This document shows positions 39,397-48,246 of a DNA stretch of 64,000 nt, piece by piece (the first letter of the stretch is position 1; each line of letters begins with the position of its first letter). This DNA is from an uncultured Chloroflexia bacterium (GTDB lineage Bacteria; Chloroflexota; Dehalococcoidia; DSTF01; JALHUB01), in assembly GCA_963726245.1 (NCBI GenBank), contig CAVSBT010000030.1:128001-192000 (forward strand), given 5' to 3'. A program made the translations under genes and the position numbers. The notes under the pieces were generated by a model. It was given only the letters and a program-made list of their open reading frames with translations, had not been told where the DNA came from and ran no database searches.

Positions 39397-39660
39397 CGGG
39401 CCCCCTAACTGATTACGCGAAGAGCAAGGCCGGACCTCAGATGGGTCTAGCTAATTATCGGTAACGCGCCCCATCCTCTTGACCCCCGACTTTCCACGGG
39501 GACGCGGCATTCGCCGTCGCGCCCCGATATCAACCCTCTGCCGTTCCTGCCGAAAACAATATAGAACAACTCGCGCTGATTTGCAGGCAGGGCGCTCAGA
39601 GAGGGCTCCGGAGGGCCGTCTTGAGCGCTGCCACCACCGCAGCAGCCAAGGACGCATGCC

Positions 39661-41220
39661 ATGGTACTGAGATTCCGCCGCCGTCGCCAACAAGGCAAGC
39701 CGGAAGCTGAGGAAGAGGCCCAGACCCCCGCGACCGAGCCGGAGGCAGAGGGCGAAACGCCGGCAAGCCCTCCGTTAGTTGAAGACAGCGAAACCAACGA
39801 ACCCGCCCAGGCTGAAGCGGGCGAATCGCCCCTGGCCTTCGACCAGCCTCTCCAGCTTGAGAGCGCCGGCGGCCCCGATCCAGACGAAGCGCCCGTAGCC
39901 TTGGACCACCCTCTCCAATCTGAGAGCGCCGGCGACCCCCAGCCAGACGAAGCGCCCGTAGCCTTGGACCAGCTTCTTCAGGCCGAGAGCGCCGCCGCAT
40001 CCGAACCGGAGGAAGATTTTGTGACCTTCAGCCAGCTTCCCCAGACTGAAGGCGTCCCCGCCCCCACACCAGAAGAAGCGCCCGTTGCCGCTGCGCAGCT
40101 TCGTGAGGGCGAGGCCGCCGGCGTTGCGAGACCCGCGGAAGAGCTCTCTGAGGTAGCGGAGAAGCAGCCTTCGACACCTCCATTTCCCAAGCGCGCCCCC
40201 AGCGATAGCCTGTCGCTCTTCGATGCGCTGCTGCGGCTGCACGGAGCAGACGACATCGACCTCATGGCCGACGTCGCCGACCAGATGGCCCGCACCTACC
40301 TCAACGGCGGTCACCTGCTCGTGCTTCTCGTCGACCGAGCCGGTTCCTTCCACATCCGACCCATCAAGTCCGGCGCCACCGCGACACTGCTCGAACAGAT
40401 GAATGGCGCCCTCGGCATCGATGTAGGCCACGAGATCTCCTTTCCACATCGGGGCCGGTTGGCCAAGATATGGATGGACGATTCAGGCGCTGCGCAGGCC
40501 GTCTCCCTGGCCGATTTCTGGGGCGGCGCGGCAGGTGAAGAAACCTGCTGGCGCGCCGAGAAGGTGCTGGGGATTTCCCAGGTTGCCGCCATACGCCTCA
40601 CCTCGCCTGAAGAGCCCATGGGCATCGCCCTTCTCCTCTCCAAAGGCGATCCCCCCGATCCCGCGATGCTGGACGCCGTGGGGCGTCACCTCATGGTCGC
40701 CCTGGCCAACCTTCAGAGCATAGAGAAGGCGCGCCAGTTTGGCAGTGTCGACCCTGTCCGCTGGATCGCAGACCACCAAGAATTCGGCCGGCAGTTGTTA
40801 CGGGAGATAGCCCGCGCGCGCCGCTATGGCCAGCCCCTGTCGTTAGCGCTGGTGGTAGTTGACAACTTCGACGCCCTGCGCCTCGAATACGGCTGGACCG
40901 TGGCCAACCGCCTCCTGCGTTCCGTGAGCTCCGCCCTGGCCGGATGCCTGCGCGAGTCCGACTTCCTCGGCTCCTACCACCACAACGGCTTCGGCGCGAT
41001 CCTCACGCAGACTTCGATGGAGGGAGCGGCCGAGGCCGCCGTCCGCCTACGTGAGGCAGCGACGGCGGTGCGCGTGTTGGAAGGAGAGGATGGCCCGGTC
41101 CCGGAATGCGTGGTCGCCACTGCCTGTCAGCCCGACGACGGAAGCGACGCCAACGCGCTGCTGATCGCCGCCGAATCCCGCATGTTGCCTAAACGGCGTC
41201 TCTCTTCCGCCAGCGCTTGA
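39661..41220 (+). CDS. Acidic-repeat, GAF-like, degenerate GGDEF protein
   Basis: C-terminal GGDEF fold (REIARARRYGQPLSL, VDNF, YGW..AN, LRESD) with the active site replaced by YHHNGF; long E/P/A-rich N-terminus. Confidence 0.8.
   Translation: MVLRFRRRRQQGKPEAEEEAQTPATEPEAEGETPASPPLVEDSETNEPAQAEAGESPLAFDQPLQLESAGGPDPDEAPVALDHPLQSESAGDPQPDEAPVALDQLLQAESAAASEPEEDFVTFSQLPQTEGVPAPTPEEAPVAAAQLREGEAAGVARPAEELSEVAEKQPSTPPFPKRAPSDSLSLFDALLRLHGADDIDLMADVADQMARTYLNGGHLLVLLVDRAGSFHIRPIKSGATATLLEQMNGALGIDVGHEISFPHRGRLAKIWMDDSGAAQAVSLADFWGGAAGEETCWRAEKVLGISQVAAIRLTSPEEPMGIALLLSKGDPPDPAMLDAVGRHLMVALANLQSIEKARQFGSVDPVRWIADHQEFGRQLLREIARARRYGQPLSLALVVVDNFDALRLEYGWTVANRLLRSVSSALAGCLRESDFLGSYHHNGFGAILTQTSMEGAAEAAVRLREAATAVRVLEGEDGPVPECVVATACQPDDGSDANALLIAAESRMLPKRRLSSASA
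39823..40120 (+). repeat. 63-bp (21-aa) intragenic tandem repeat, three clear and two degenerate units
   Basis: Units start at 39823, 39886, 39949, 40012 and 40075; consensus EAPVALDQPLQxESAGxPxPD. Confidence 0.8.
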
Positions 41221-41240
41221 ACTCTATGCGCCACTCACAC

Positions 41241-41267
41241 TGAGGCCCTCCTCACGGGAGGGCCTCA
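41241..41267. terminator. Hairpin between convergent genes
   Basis: TGAGGCCCTCC-N5-GGAGGGCCTCA. Confidence 0.65.
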
Positions 41268-41298
41268 CGGTAGGTCACCTACGGCGGCGCTCCGGGTG

Positions 41299-42057
41299 TC
41301 ACTCTGTGGGAGACACCGATAGGCTGCTGTCCCAAGTCAGCTTCGCAAGCCGCTCCTGTACGTCAGCCGCCAGGCGCTCGGCGTCGGGCGCCTCTTCTCC
41401 TCCGCTGAGCGTCACTTTCACCCTTGCCCGTCTCCCCGCATAGTCGAGCAGGTCAACATCGGCCACGCCCGGAGTCTCGCGAAGGGCCCGCTCCACGACC
41501 ATCAGATCGATGTTGGCCTCGGAGCTCTGGATCTGAAAGTGCATGGTGCCGCCCGCCACCGCCGGCGCCCCTTCCGAAGGCTCTCCTTCGACCGGCGCCT
41601 CAGCTTCTTCGGCCTCCGCCACAGCCGCCGCTTCCGGGACCTCGGCTCCGCCCTCAGATTCCGGCGCCTCTTCCATTGCCTCCAGTGCCGTCACGGGAGG
41701 CTCCTCATCCTCCTCAGCGCCCGCCTCGGCGGGCTCGAGCGGCCAGGGCTCGCTCGCATCTGGGGGTTCGGCCTCGGGCGCCATCGGTGGAACGGGAGGA
41801 GCCCGGCGGCCTTGCTGCGGGGTCTGCAACTGCTGCCTTACCTGGGCAAGCCCCGATTCCACCTGGCGAATGAACGCCGACAGGCCGTGGAGACGCTCCA
41901 CCCAGTGGCTGAGTTCCCGGGTAGCAGCCAGGGCCTCCTCCAGCGCCGTTTGTATCTCTCCGATGGCCGTGGAGACCCGCGAGTCCAGCGTCCCCCAATC
42001 GATTTCGTTGTCGATGTCTTCCTGCGAGATCGCGTCAGGGTCAGGCTTAGTGTTCAT
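41299..42057 (-). CDS. Hypothetical protein: coiled coil, acidic linker, small ferredoxin-like (HMA/ACT-like) C-terminal domain
   Basis: Heptad N-terminus, E/P/A-rich middle, C-terminal VERALRETPGVADVDLLDYAGRRARVKV. Confidence 0.7.
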   Translation of the reverse strand: MNTKPDPDAISQEDIDNEIDWGTLDSRVSTAIGEIQTALEEALAATRELSHWVERLHGLSAFIRQVESGLAQVRQQLQTPQQGRRAPPVPPMAPEAEPPDASEPWPLEPAEAGAEEDEEPPVTALEAMEEAPESEGGAEVPEAAAVAEAEEAEAPVEGEPSEGAPAVAGGTMHFQIQSSEANIDLMVVERALRETPGVADVDLLDYAGRRARVKVTLSGGEEAPDAERLAADVQERLAKLTWDSSLSVSPTE

Positions 42058-42422
42058 TTCCTTGCCCCCAGGACCGGCTTCCGGACGGCTTGCAGCACCG
42101 ACCCGTCACGACGAACGCCGGTCGCTCAGCCAATCCTGTGTAATTGTCGTCCCCGTGAAGGCCCCCTTTAGGCCCCCCCCGCAGAAAAGCGCCAAAGCCG
42201 AGCCGGTGTGGTCTCCCGCCCTTTAGATGCGGTCATCACTATGTTAACTGATTCGCCGCCCTCCCAGAAGGTGGCCATAGGACCTTGGGACATCGCGGAG
42301 GAAGGGGTCCCCGGCCTGATCCAGCCCCTCTTCGCCGCCGGCGAAGCGCAGGGCCTGGACACCGAAGGCATCCAGGCCCTGTCTTGAGACTCTCGAGAAG
42401 CCGGCCGCTTCTCCCGCGCAGC

Positions 42423-43589
42423 CTATTCGCGAGGGAGGCCCAGCCCTCGCTGGGCGATGATGTTGCGCTGGATCTCGTTGCTGCCGGCGTAGATGGTCTC
42501 CCCCACCGTCCACAGATACTGGTACTTGATTTCGCCGCGCAGGGGCGCCCACTTCGACGACTCATCCAACTGGCCGTAGAGCCCGAGGATCTGCATGCCG
42601 GTGTTGGCTATGCGCTGCCTGAGCTCTGTCGTATAGGTCTTGGCCGCCGACGACTCGTAGATGGGCACCTGGCCCTTACCCTGCAACCAGGCCACGTTGT
42701 AGCTGATGAACCGCGCCACCTCGATCTCGATGGCCAGGCCGGCCAGCTTGCGTCGCACCCTCGGGTCGTCGATGAGACTATGCCCGTTGCGCTTCGTCTC
42801 CCGACAGTACTTGACCAGCTCCTGGAGGGTTCGTCTGGCGCCCGAGGCGAAGCCGATGCTCGACCGTTCGAAGGAGAGGGTCGTCATCGCCGCGTACCAG
42901 CCGCGGTTCTCCTCACCCAGACGGTTGGCCACCGGCACCCGTACGTCCTCGAAGTATGTCTCGTGGAAGCCCGCGAAGCCCGACATGTTGAGGATGGGCT
43001 GCGTGGTGATGCCCGGCGCCTTCATGTCCACCAGCAGGTAGGTGATGCCCCGGTGCTTGGGAGCGTCGGGGTCTGTCCGTACTAGAACGTGGATCCAATC
43101 GCTGCGGGCGGCAGCCGTCGTCCACGTCTTCTGCCCGTTCACGATGTAGTCATCGCCGTCACGCACGGCCTTGCACTGAAGGCCGGCCAGGTCGGAGCCA
43201 GCGTTGGGCTCGCTGAAGCCCTGCGACCAGACCACCTCCCCCTTAGCAATAGGGGGAAGGAACTGCGCCTTCTGTTCGTCGGTCCCATGAACCATCACGC
43301 AGGGTCCGACCATGGCGATGCCCTGACTGTCCACGATGGGCGCCCCTCTGTACGCCATCTCATCGCGGAAGATGAGCTGCTTCATGTGGCTGACTTCCAG
43401 GCCTCCGTACTGCTTGGGCCAGGCCATGGTGAGCCAGCCCCTGGCGACCAGCTTCTTCTCGAAGTCCCTCGCTGCCTGCCAGTCATCCGCCTTATCGGGG
43501 TCCCAGCTAGCCAGGGTCCATTCCCGGGCCAGGAACTCCTGCACTTCCTTGCGAAAGGCTTCCTCCTCCTCGCTGAACCTGAAGTCCAT
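42423..43589 (-). CDS. Acyl-CoA dehydrogenase family protein
   Basis: MDFRFS, WPKQYGG, SQGFSEPNAGSDLA, NGQKTWT, GEENRGW, IYAGSNEIQRNII. Confidence 0.95.
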   Translation of the reverse strand: MDFRFSEEEEAFRKEVQEFLAREWTLASWDPDKADDWQAARDFEKKLVARGWLTMAWPKQYGGLEVSHMKQLIFRDEMAYRGAPIVDSQGIAMVGPCVMVHGTDEQKAQFLPPIAKGEVVWSQGFSEPNAGSDLAGLQCKAVRDGDDYIVNGQKTWTTAAARSDWIHVLVRTDPDAPKHRGITYLLVDMKAPGITTQPILNMSGFAGFHETYFEDVRVPVANRLGEENRGWYAAMTTLSFERSSIGFASGARRTLQELVKYCRETKRNGHSLIDDPRVRRKLAGLAIEIEVARFISYNVAWLQGKGQVPIYESSAAKTYTTELRQRIANTGMQILGLYGQLDESSKWAPLRGEIKYQYLWTVGETIYAGSNEIQRNIIAQRGLGLPRE

Positions 43590-43747
43590 AAGTCATCCCT
43601 TCTGCCCGGCGACGCGGGCGAACTTGTCCCGAGACGGGCAGCACTACCCAGGGCGACCGCTGTCGCCCTCTGTTAACTCTCCAGCCCAAGCGGCGGTGTC
43701 GCAAGGGCCGTTCGTCCCATACAGAAGAGCCGTGAGACCCTTGCCCA

Positions 43748-43885
43748 CAAGCATAAGCTACAAGCTACAGAGGTAACATGCAACAAGGGCGCCCTGGCCA
43801 GCAACAAGCTACAGGCCACAGGCGCCAAGGACCCCCGCAGTCACCATTGCGCCTCCGCGTTGCTGGTTGCTTGTTACTTGCTTCC
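43748..43885. repeat. Degenerate heptamer tandem repeats in inverted blocks
   Basis: AAGCAT-AAGCTAC-AAGCTAC, CAGCAAC-AAGCTAC-AGGCCAC-AGGC, and the reverse-complement-like GTTGCTG-GTTGCTT-GTTACTT. Confidence 0.55.
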
Positions 43886-44221
43886 CTTGCGTTGACCGGC
43901 GCGTTTCTCTTAGCTGGGCCATTTGGACAAGAAAAACAGTACGTTCCGCCCTATCTAGTAGTTGACCGAAGGTTTTAATTCAATCATAGGCGACGCGAAC
44001 CCTGGTTCTCCAAGGGAAGGGGCGTCTACAAAGGGCCGTTGTGGAAGGGAATCATGACGAGCCCGAGGCGGTCGGGAAGGCCATCTGCTATGATGAACAG
44101 AGCATCCCGGCCCTAGAGATTGAGAGACTCCCCAATCCCTTCACAGGTGCCAGGGTGTATACTAGCGAATAGCGTTACCGAAGGCGCCGCTGGATGCGGT
44201 AGCAGAGGAGGAAGGAAGCCA

Positions 44222-44722
44222 ATGCCCGAGAAGTCAAGCGTTTCCCCGCCCAAGAACGTCCCCGAGCCCGTCATTGAAGGCCTATTGCTCTACCAGGCCG
44301 AGACCACCCTCGCCAAGCTGGTCGAGCGCTCACTGCTGGAGTTCGGGCTCAGCACACCCCAGATGTTGCTGCTGGGCGCGCTCTACTGGGACGGCCGCGC
44401 GCTGGTGCCACGCCGCATCCGCAACACCCTGGTGGTAGAAGCGCAGAGCCTTACGGGCCTCATCGACCGGCTGGAAAATCAGGGCCTGGCCCAGCGCCTG
44501 AGCCACCCGAAGGACCGCCGCAAGATCAGGGTGCAGATAACCAGCAAGGGCCGCAAGCGGTACGAAGAGGCCGCGGCGCACAGCGACATGGCGCTGGAGA
44601 ACTACTTCAAGGCGCTGACGGCCCGCGAGCGGCAGGCACTGCGCGCGGCGATGTTCAAGCTGCGGGGCGCGGGCTACAAGCCCCTGGGTCTGTCGCACGC
44701 GGCAGCCTACCCTCAGCCCTAG
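44222..44722 (+). CDS. MarR family transcriptional regulator
   Basis: GLSTPQ, SLTGLIDRLENQGL, HPKDRRK, ITSKG; ATG 44222 after a GAGGAGG RBS. Confidence 0.9.
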   Translation: MPEKSSVSPPKNVPEPVIEGLLLYQAETTLAKLVERSLLEFGLSTPQMLLLGALYWDGRALVPRRIRNTLVVEAQSLTGLIDRLENQGLAQRLSHPKDRRKIRVQITSKGRKRYEEAAAHSDMALENYFKALTARERQALRAAMFKLRGAGYKPLGLSHAAAYPQP

Positions 44723-44885
44723 AGCTGTCCGCCAGCTAGCTTCAGAGGCCGCCGGCGCTGCACCGCCCAGGCTTGGGCTTCCAAGCTGAAGGTTGTCTTC
44801 GCTTGCGAATGCCGCGCATGGCGGCCTCTGCGGCCGCGGCGTCACCCGCTGCCGACCCGTCTTCTGCGACCCTCGAGAAGAGCAG

Positions 44886-44980
44886 CCGCTCGTCCTTCGA
44901 GATACTCAGGACGAGCGGCTCTCATGTTCCGCTCGTGGTGAGCCTGCCGGCCGGCAGGCAGGCCTGTCGAACCGTGAGCG
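44886..44980. repeat. CCTTCGA..CTCAGGACGAGCGG REP-like element with a nested CCTGCC..GGCAGG mini-repeat
   Basis: CCGCTCGTCCT-TCGAGATACTC-AGGACGAGCGG hairpin plus inverted partner CCGCTCGTGGTGAGCCTG[20-bp insert ending in a duplicated GCCTG]TCGAACC. Confidence 0.72.
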
Positions 44981-45195
44981 GCCCTCCCGGCCGCCGACTT
45001 GCCTTCTCCGCCTGCCCCCACTTCGGCAGCCGACACCCCGACCACGCCGCAGGGACTTCGCGCCACCGTTCCCTCACACCTGATCCCACAGGGCCGGGCG
45101 GCCTGTCCATTCGGCCTGTCCGCTCGGCCCTTGAGTCGCCCCCATAGCCAGGCGTAGGATAGCGGTAACCGGCTGCCGCTAGCCACCAGCTTCAG

Positions 45196-45717
45196 GTGGC
45201 CAGTCTCGCGCCGCCGCAGAACAGGGGGAACGCCCTGAGCGACGTACCCCACGGCAACGGAGCCCATCCCACGACCCGGCGCGTCTACCCGCTGGAAGGC
45301 GTCTGCATGGGCTGTGGCCTCTGCGAGGTCCACTGCCTGGTCGAGCACTCCCGCACGCGCAATCTGGTCAAGGCCTATCTGCAAGAACGCCCAACCCCGG
45401 TGGCCCGCCTCCGCGTCGAGCGGCGAGACGACCTCTTCCTGCCCGTCCAGTGCCGCCATTGCCCGGAGCCCCTCTGCGTATACTCCTGCCTCACCGGCGC
45501 CCTCCACCAGGACCCGGCAACGGGCGAGGTTCACGTCGACGAGGGGCGCTGCATCGGCTGCTGGACCTGTATCCTGGCCTGCCCCTATGGCGCGATCCGG
45601 CGCGACCGCGAGCGGGGCGTCATCGCCAAGTGCGACCTCTGCCCGGACCGCTCGCTGCCGGCCTGCGTCGCCGCCTGCCCCAACGAGGCCATCCTCTACA
45701 CCGAGGAGGCCCTCTGA
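45196..45717 (+). CDS. 4Fe-4S dicluster (CooF/DmsB-like) electron-transfer protein
   Basis: CMGCGLCEVHC, CRHCPEPLCVYSC, CIGCWTCILACP, CDLC..PACVAACP. Confidence 0.92.
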   Translation: MASLAPPQNRGNALSDVPHGNGAHPTTRRVYPLEGVCMGCGLCEVHCLVEHSRTRNLVKAYLQERPTPVARLRVERRDDLFLPVQCRHCPEPLCVYSCLTGALHQDPATGEVHVDEGRCIGCWTCILACPYGAIRRDRERGVIAKCDLCPDRSLPACVAACPNEAILYTEEAL

Positions 45718-47033
45718 TGCCCCGCAAAGCCCGTCGCTCACGCACCCACTACCTCATCGTCGGCAACTCGGCGGGTGGCATCGGCGCCGTCGAGGCGATC
45801 CGGCAGGTCGACGCCGACCGTCCCATCACCATCGTCTCCGATGAACCCTACCCAGCCTACTCCCGCCCCGAGATCTCGGAGTACCTGGCCGGCCTGACGA
45901 CGCTCGAGCGCATGCAGTTCCGCCCGCCCGACTTCTACGAGAAGAACGGCGTCGATACCATCCTGGGCGCCACCGCTTCGCACCTTGACCTGTGGGGGCG
46001 GCGAATTGAGCTCGAGGACGGGCGCACACTCGGCTGGGACAGGCTGCTCCTGGCCACAGGCGGCCGGCCCACCGCGCCTCGCATTCCCGGCGCCGGCCGC
46101 GAGGACATCTTCACCTTCACCACCCTGGCCGACGCCGACAGCATCCGGGCGGCCCTGAGCCTGAATGGGGTAAGCAGGGCGGTGGTCATCGGAGCGGGGC
46201 TCATCGGCCTCAGCCTAACCCACGCCCTGGTGCGCCTGGGCGTGTCCGTGCTCATCGTGGAGCTCATGGACCGGCCCCTGGCTAACGCCCTCGACCGGGA
46301 AGCGGCGCAGGTGGTGGAGCGCGCCCTGCGCGAGGCCGGCGTCGAACTCGTCTTTGGGCAAACGGTGGCTCAAGTGCTGGGACGGCCGCAGGACGACAGC
46401 CGCGTCGGAGGCGTGCGTCTCCAGGATGGCCGCCAGCTTCCCTGCGACATGCTGGCCATCGCCATCGGCGTCACGCCGCGGACAGAGCTGGCTGCCCAGG
46501 CCGGCCTGCGGGTCAACCACGGCATCGTCGTGGACCGGCGCATGGCCGCCAGCCATCCGCACGTGTACGCCTGCGGCGACGTGGCCGAGGCATTCGACTT
46601 CATCCACGGCGTCGAGCGGGTGACGCCCATCTGGCCCAACGCCTACATCGGCGGCCGCGTGGCCGGACTCAACATGGCGGGTCGGGAGACGACATACAGC
46701 GGCGGCACGGGCATGAACGCCCTCAGCTACTTCGGACTGGCCGTCGTCTCGGCGGGCCTCCAGGAGCCCGGCGACGGGCCCGGCTACGAGGTACTCACCA
46801 GCTCGGACGGAGACGCCGCCTATCGAAAGGTGGTGCTCCGGGAGGGCCGCGTGGCCGGCCTCACGTTTGTTGGTGACATCGAGAAGTCCGGCATTGTCTT
46901 CGGGCTCATGCGGGACGGCACGGACGTGAGCGCCTTCAAAGAGTCGCTGGTGGCGCCCGACTTCGGGCTGACGATGCTGCCGGAAGAGTGGCGTCGGGAG
47001 CGACTGGCTCCCCCTGCCGCCGTGCCCGCTTGA
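45717..47033 (+). CDS. FAD-dependent NAD(P)H oxidoreductase
   Basis: IVGNSAGG, LLLATGG, VIGAGLIG, YACGDVAE; ATG overlaps the upstream TGA. Confidence 0.92.
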   Translation: MPRKARRSRTHYLIVGNSAGGIGAVEAIRQVDADRPITIVSDEPYPAYSRPEISEYLAGLTTLERMQFRPPDFYEKNGVDTILGATASHLDLWGRRIELEDGRTLGWDRLLLATGGRPTAPRIPGAGREDIFTFTTLADADSIRAALSLNGVSRAVVIGAGLIGLSLTHALVRLGVSVLIVELMDRPLANALDREAAQVVERALREAGVELVFGQTVAQVLGRPQDDSRVGGVRLQDGRQLPCDMLAIAIGVTPRTELAAQAGLRVNHGIVVDRRMAASHPHVYACGDVAEAFDFIHGVERVTPIWPNAYIGGRVAGLNMAGRETTYSGGTGMNALSYFGLAVVSAGLQEPGDGPGYEVLTSSDGDAAYRKVVLREGRVAGLTFVGDIEKSGIVFGLMRDGTDVSAFKESLVAPDFGLTMLPEEWRRERLAPPAAVPA

Positions 47034-47047
47034 ATGGAGGGACAGGT

Positions 47048-48238
47048 ATGAGTGACGACGTCTGGTTCAAGGCTTTGCAGAACCCCTACCGCGACGACAA
47101 GGTTATGGCGGCCTGCGGCCTCTTCGGCATCCTGGACACCAGCGGGCGCACCATGGGCTCCAGCGACGTCGTCAATGCCATGGCCAACATGCACGACCGC
47201 AGCAACGGCCTGGGAGGCGGGTTCGCCGCCTATGGCATCTACCCGGAGCAGGCTGACCTCTACGCCCTGCACATCATGTACATGCGCGACGACGCCCGGC
47301 CTCAGGTGGAGGCCATCCTTCGCGCCCACTTCACCGTCGCCCGCGCCGAGCCGGTGCCGACGCGCTCAGGGACCCGCGTCATCGACCCGCCCGACTTCTG
47401 GCGCTACTTCGTCAGCCCGCAGAGCAACGGCCAGGAAGCGAGCGATGACTACGTCATCCAGCAGGTGATGCGGATCAATACCAGCGTCCCCGGGGCCTTC
47501 GTTTTCTCCAGCGGTAAGGACATGGCCGTCTTCAAGGGCGTCGGCTACCCGGAGGACATCGCCGAGCACTTCCGCCTCGATGACTACCAGGGCTACATGT
47601 GGGTGGGCCACGGCCGCTTCCCCACAAACACGCCCGGCTGGTGGGGAGGCGCTCATCCCTTCAACATCCTGGACTGGACCGTCGTCCACAACGGCGAGAT
47701 CTCCTCCTATGGCATCAACGTCCGCTACCTGGAGATGTTCGGCTACCACTGCACCATGCAGACTGATACCGAGGTCGTGGCCTACGCCGTCGACCTCCTC
47801 ATGCGCCGTCACGGCCTGCCCGTGGAGCTGGTGGCCGACGTCCTGGCGCCCCCCTTCTGGAGCCACATCGAGAGCGAGTCTGCGGAGACCCAGGCGTTGC
47901 AGCTCGCCCTGCGCCAGGTCTACGGCAGCCTCCTCCTCAACGGCCCCTTCACGGTCATCATCGCCCACCAGGGAGAGATGGTCGGCCTCACCGACCGCAT
48001 CCGGCTCCGGCCGTTGACGGCCGCCATCAAGGGAGACCGGCTCTATCTATCTTCGGAGGAGGCGTCCATCCGGCTCGTCTCGCCGGAGCTGGACCGGGTG
48101 TGGACGCCCACCGGCGGCGAGCCGGTGGTGGGACGGCTCGGCGTGCCCCTGCGCGAAGCGCCGCCGGCCTCCGATCTGCCGGCCCTCCACACGGAGCGCG
48201 CCCTCGCGAGTGCGGGAAGGAGGGCCCGGAAGGCTTAG
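47048..48238 (+). CDS. Glutamate synthase amidotransferase subunit (archaeal-type GltB1, class II GATase)
   Basis: ACGLFG nucleophile after a short propeptide, DRSNGLGGG, HGRFPTN, VHNGEI, TDTE, DRIRLRP. Confidence 0.9.
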   Translation: MSDDVWFKALQNPYRDDKVMAACGLFGILDTSGRTMGSSDVVNAMANMHDRSNGLGGGFAAYGIYPEQADLYALHIMYMRDDARPQVEAILRAHFTVARAEPVPTRSGTRVIDPPDFWRYFVSPQSNGQEASDDYVIQQVMRINTSVPGAFVFSSGKDMAVFKGVGYPEDIAEHFRLDDYQGYMWVGHGRFPTNTPGWWGGAHPFNILDWTVVHNGEISSYGINVRYLEMFGYHCTMQTDTEVVAYAVDLLMRRHGLPVELVADVLAPPFWSHIESESAETQALQLALRQVYGSLLLNGPFTVIIAHQGEMVGLTDRIRLRPLTAAIKGDRLYLSSEEASIRLVSPELDRVWTPTGGEPVVGRLGVPLREAPPASDLPALHTERALASAGRRARKA

Positions 48239-48246
48239 GCCGGCCG

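Noticed and set aside
39823-40120. CRISPR-like periodic repeat
   Set aside because: The 63-bp units are in-frame coding repeats without unique spacers, and there are no cas genes
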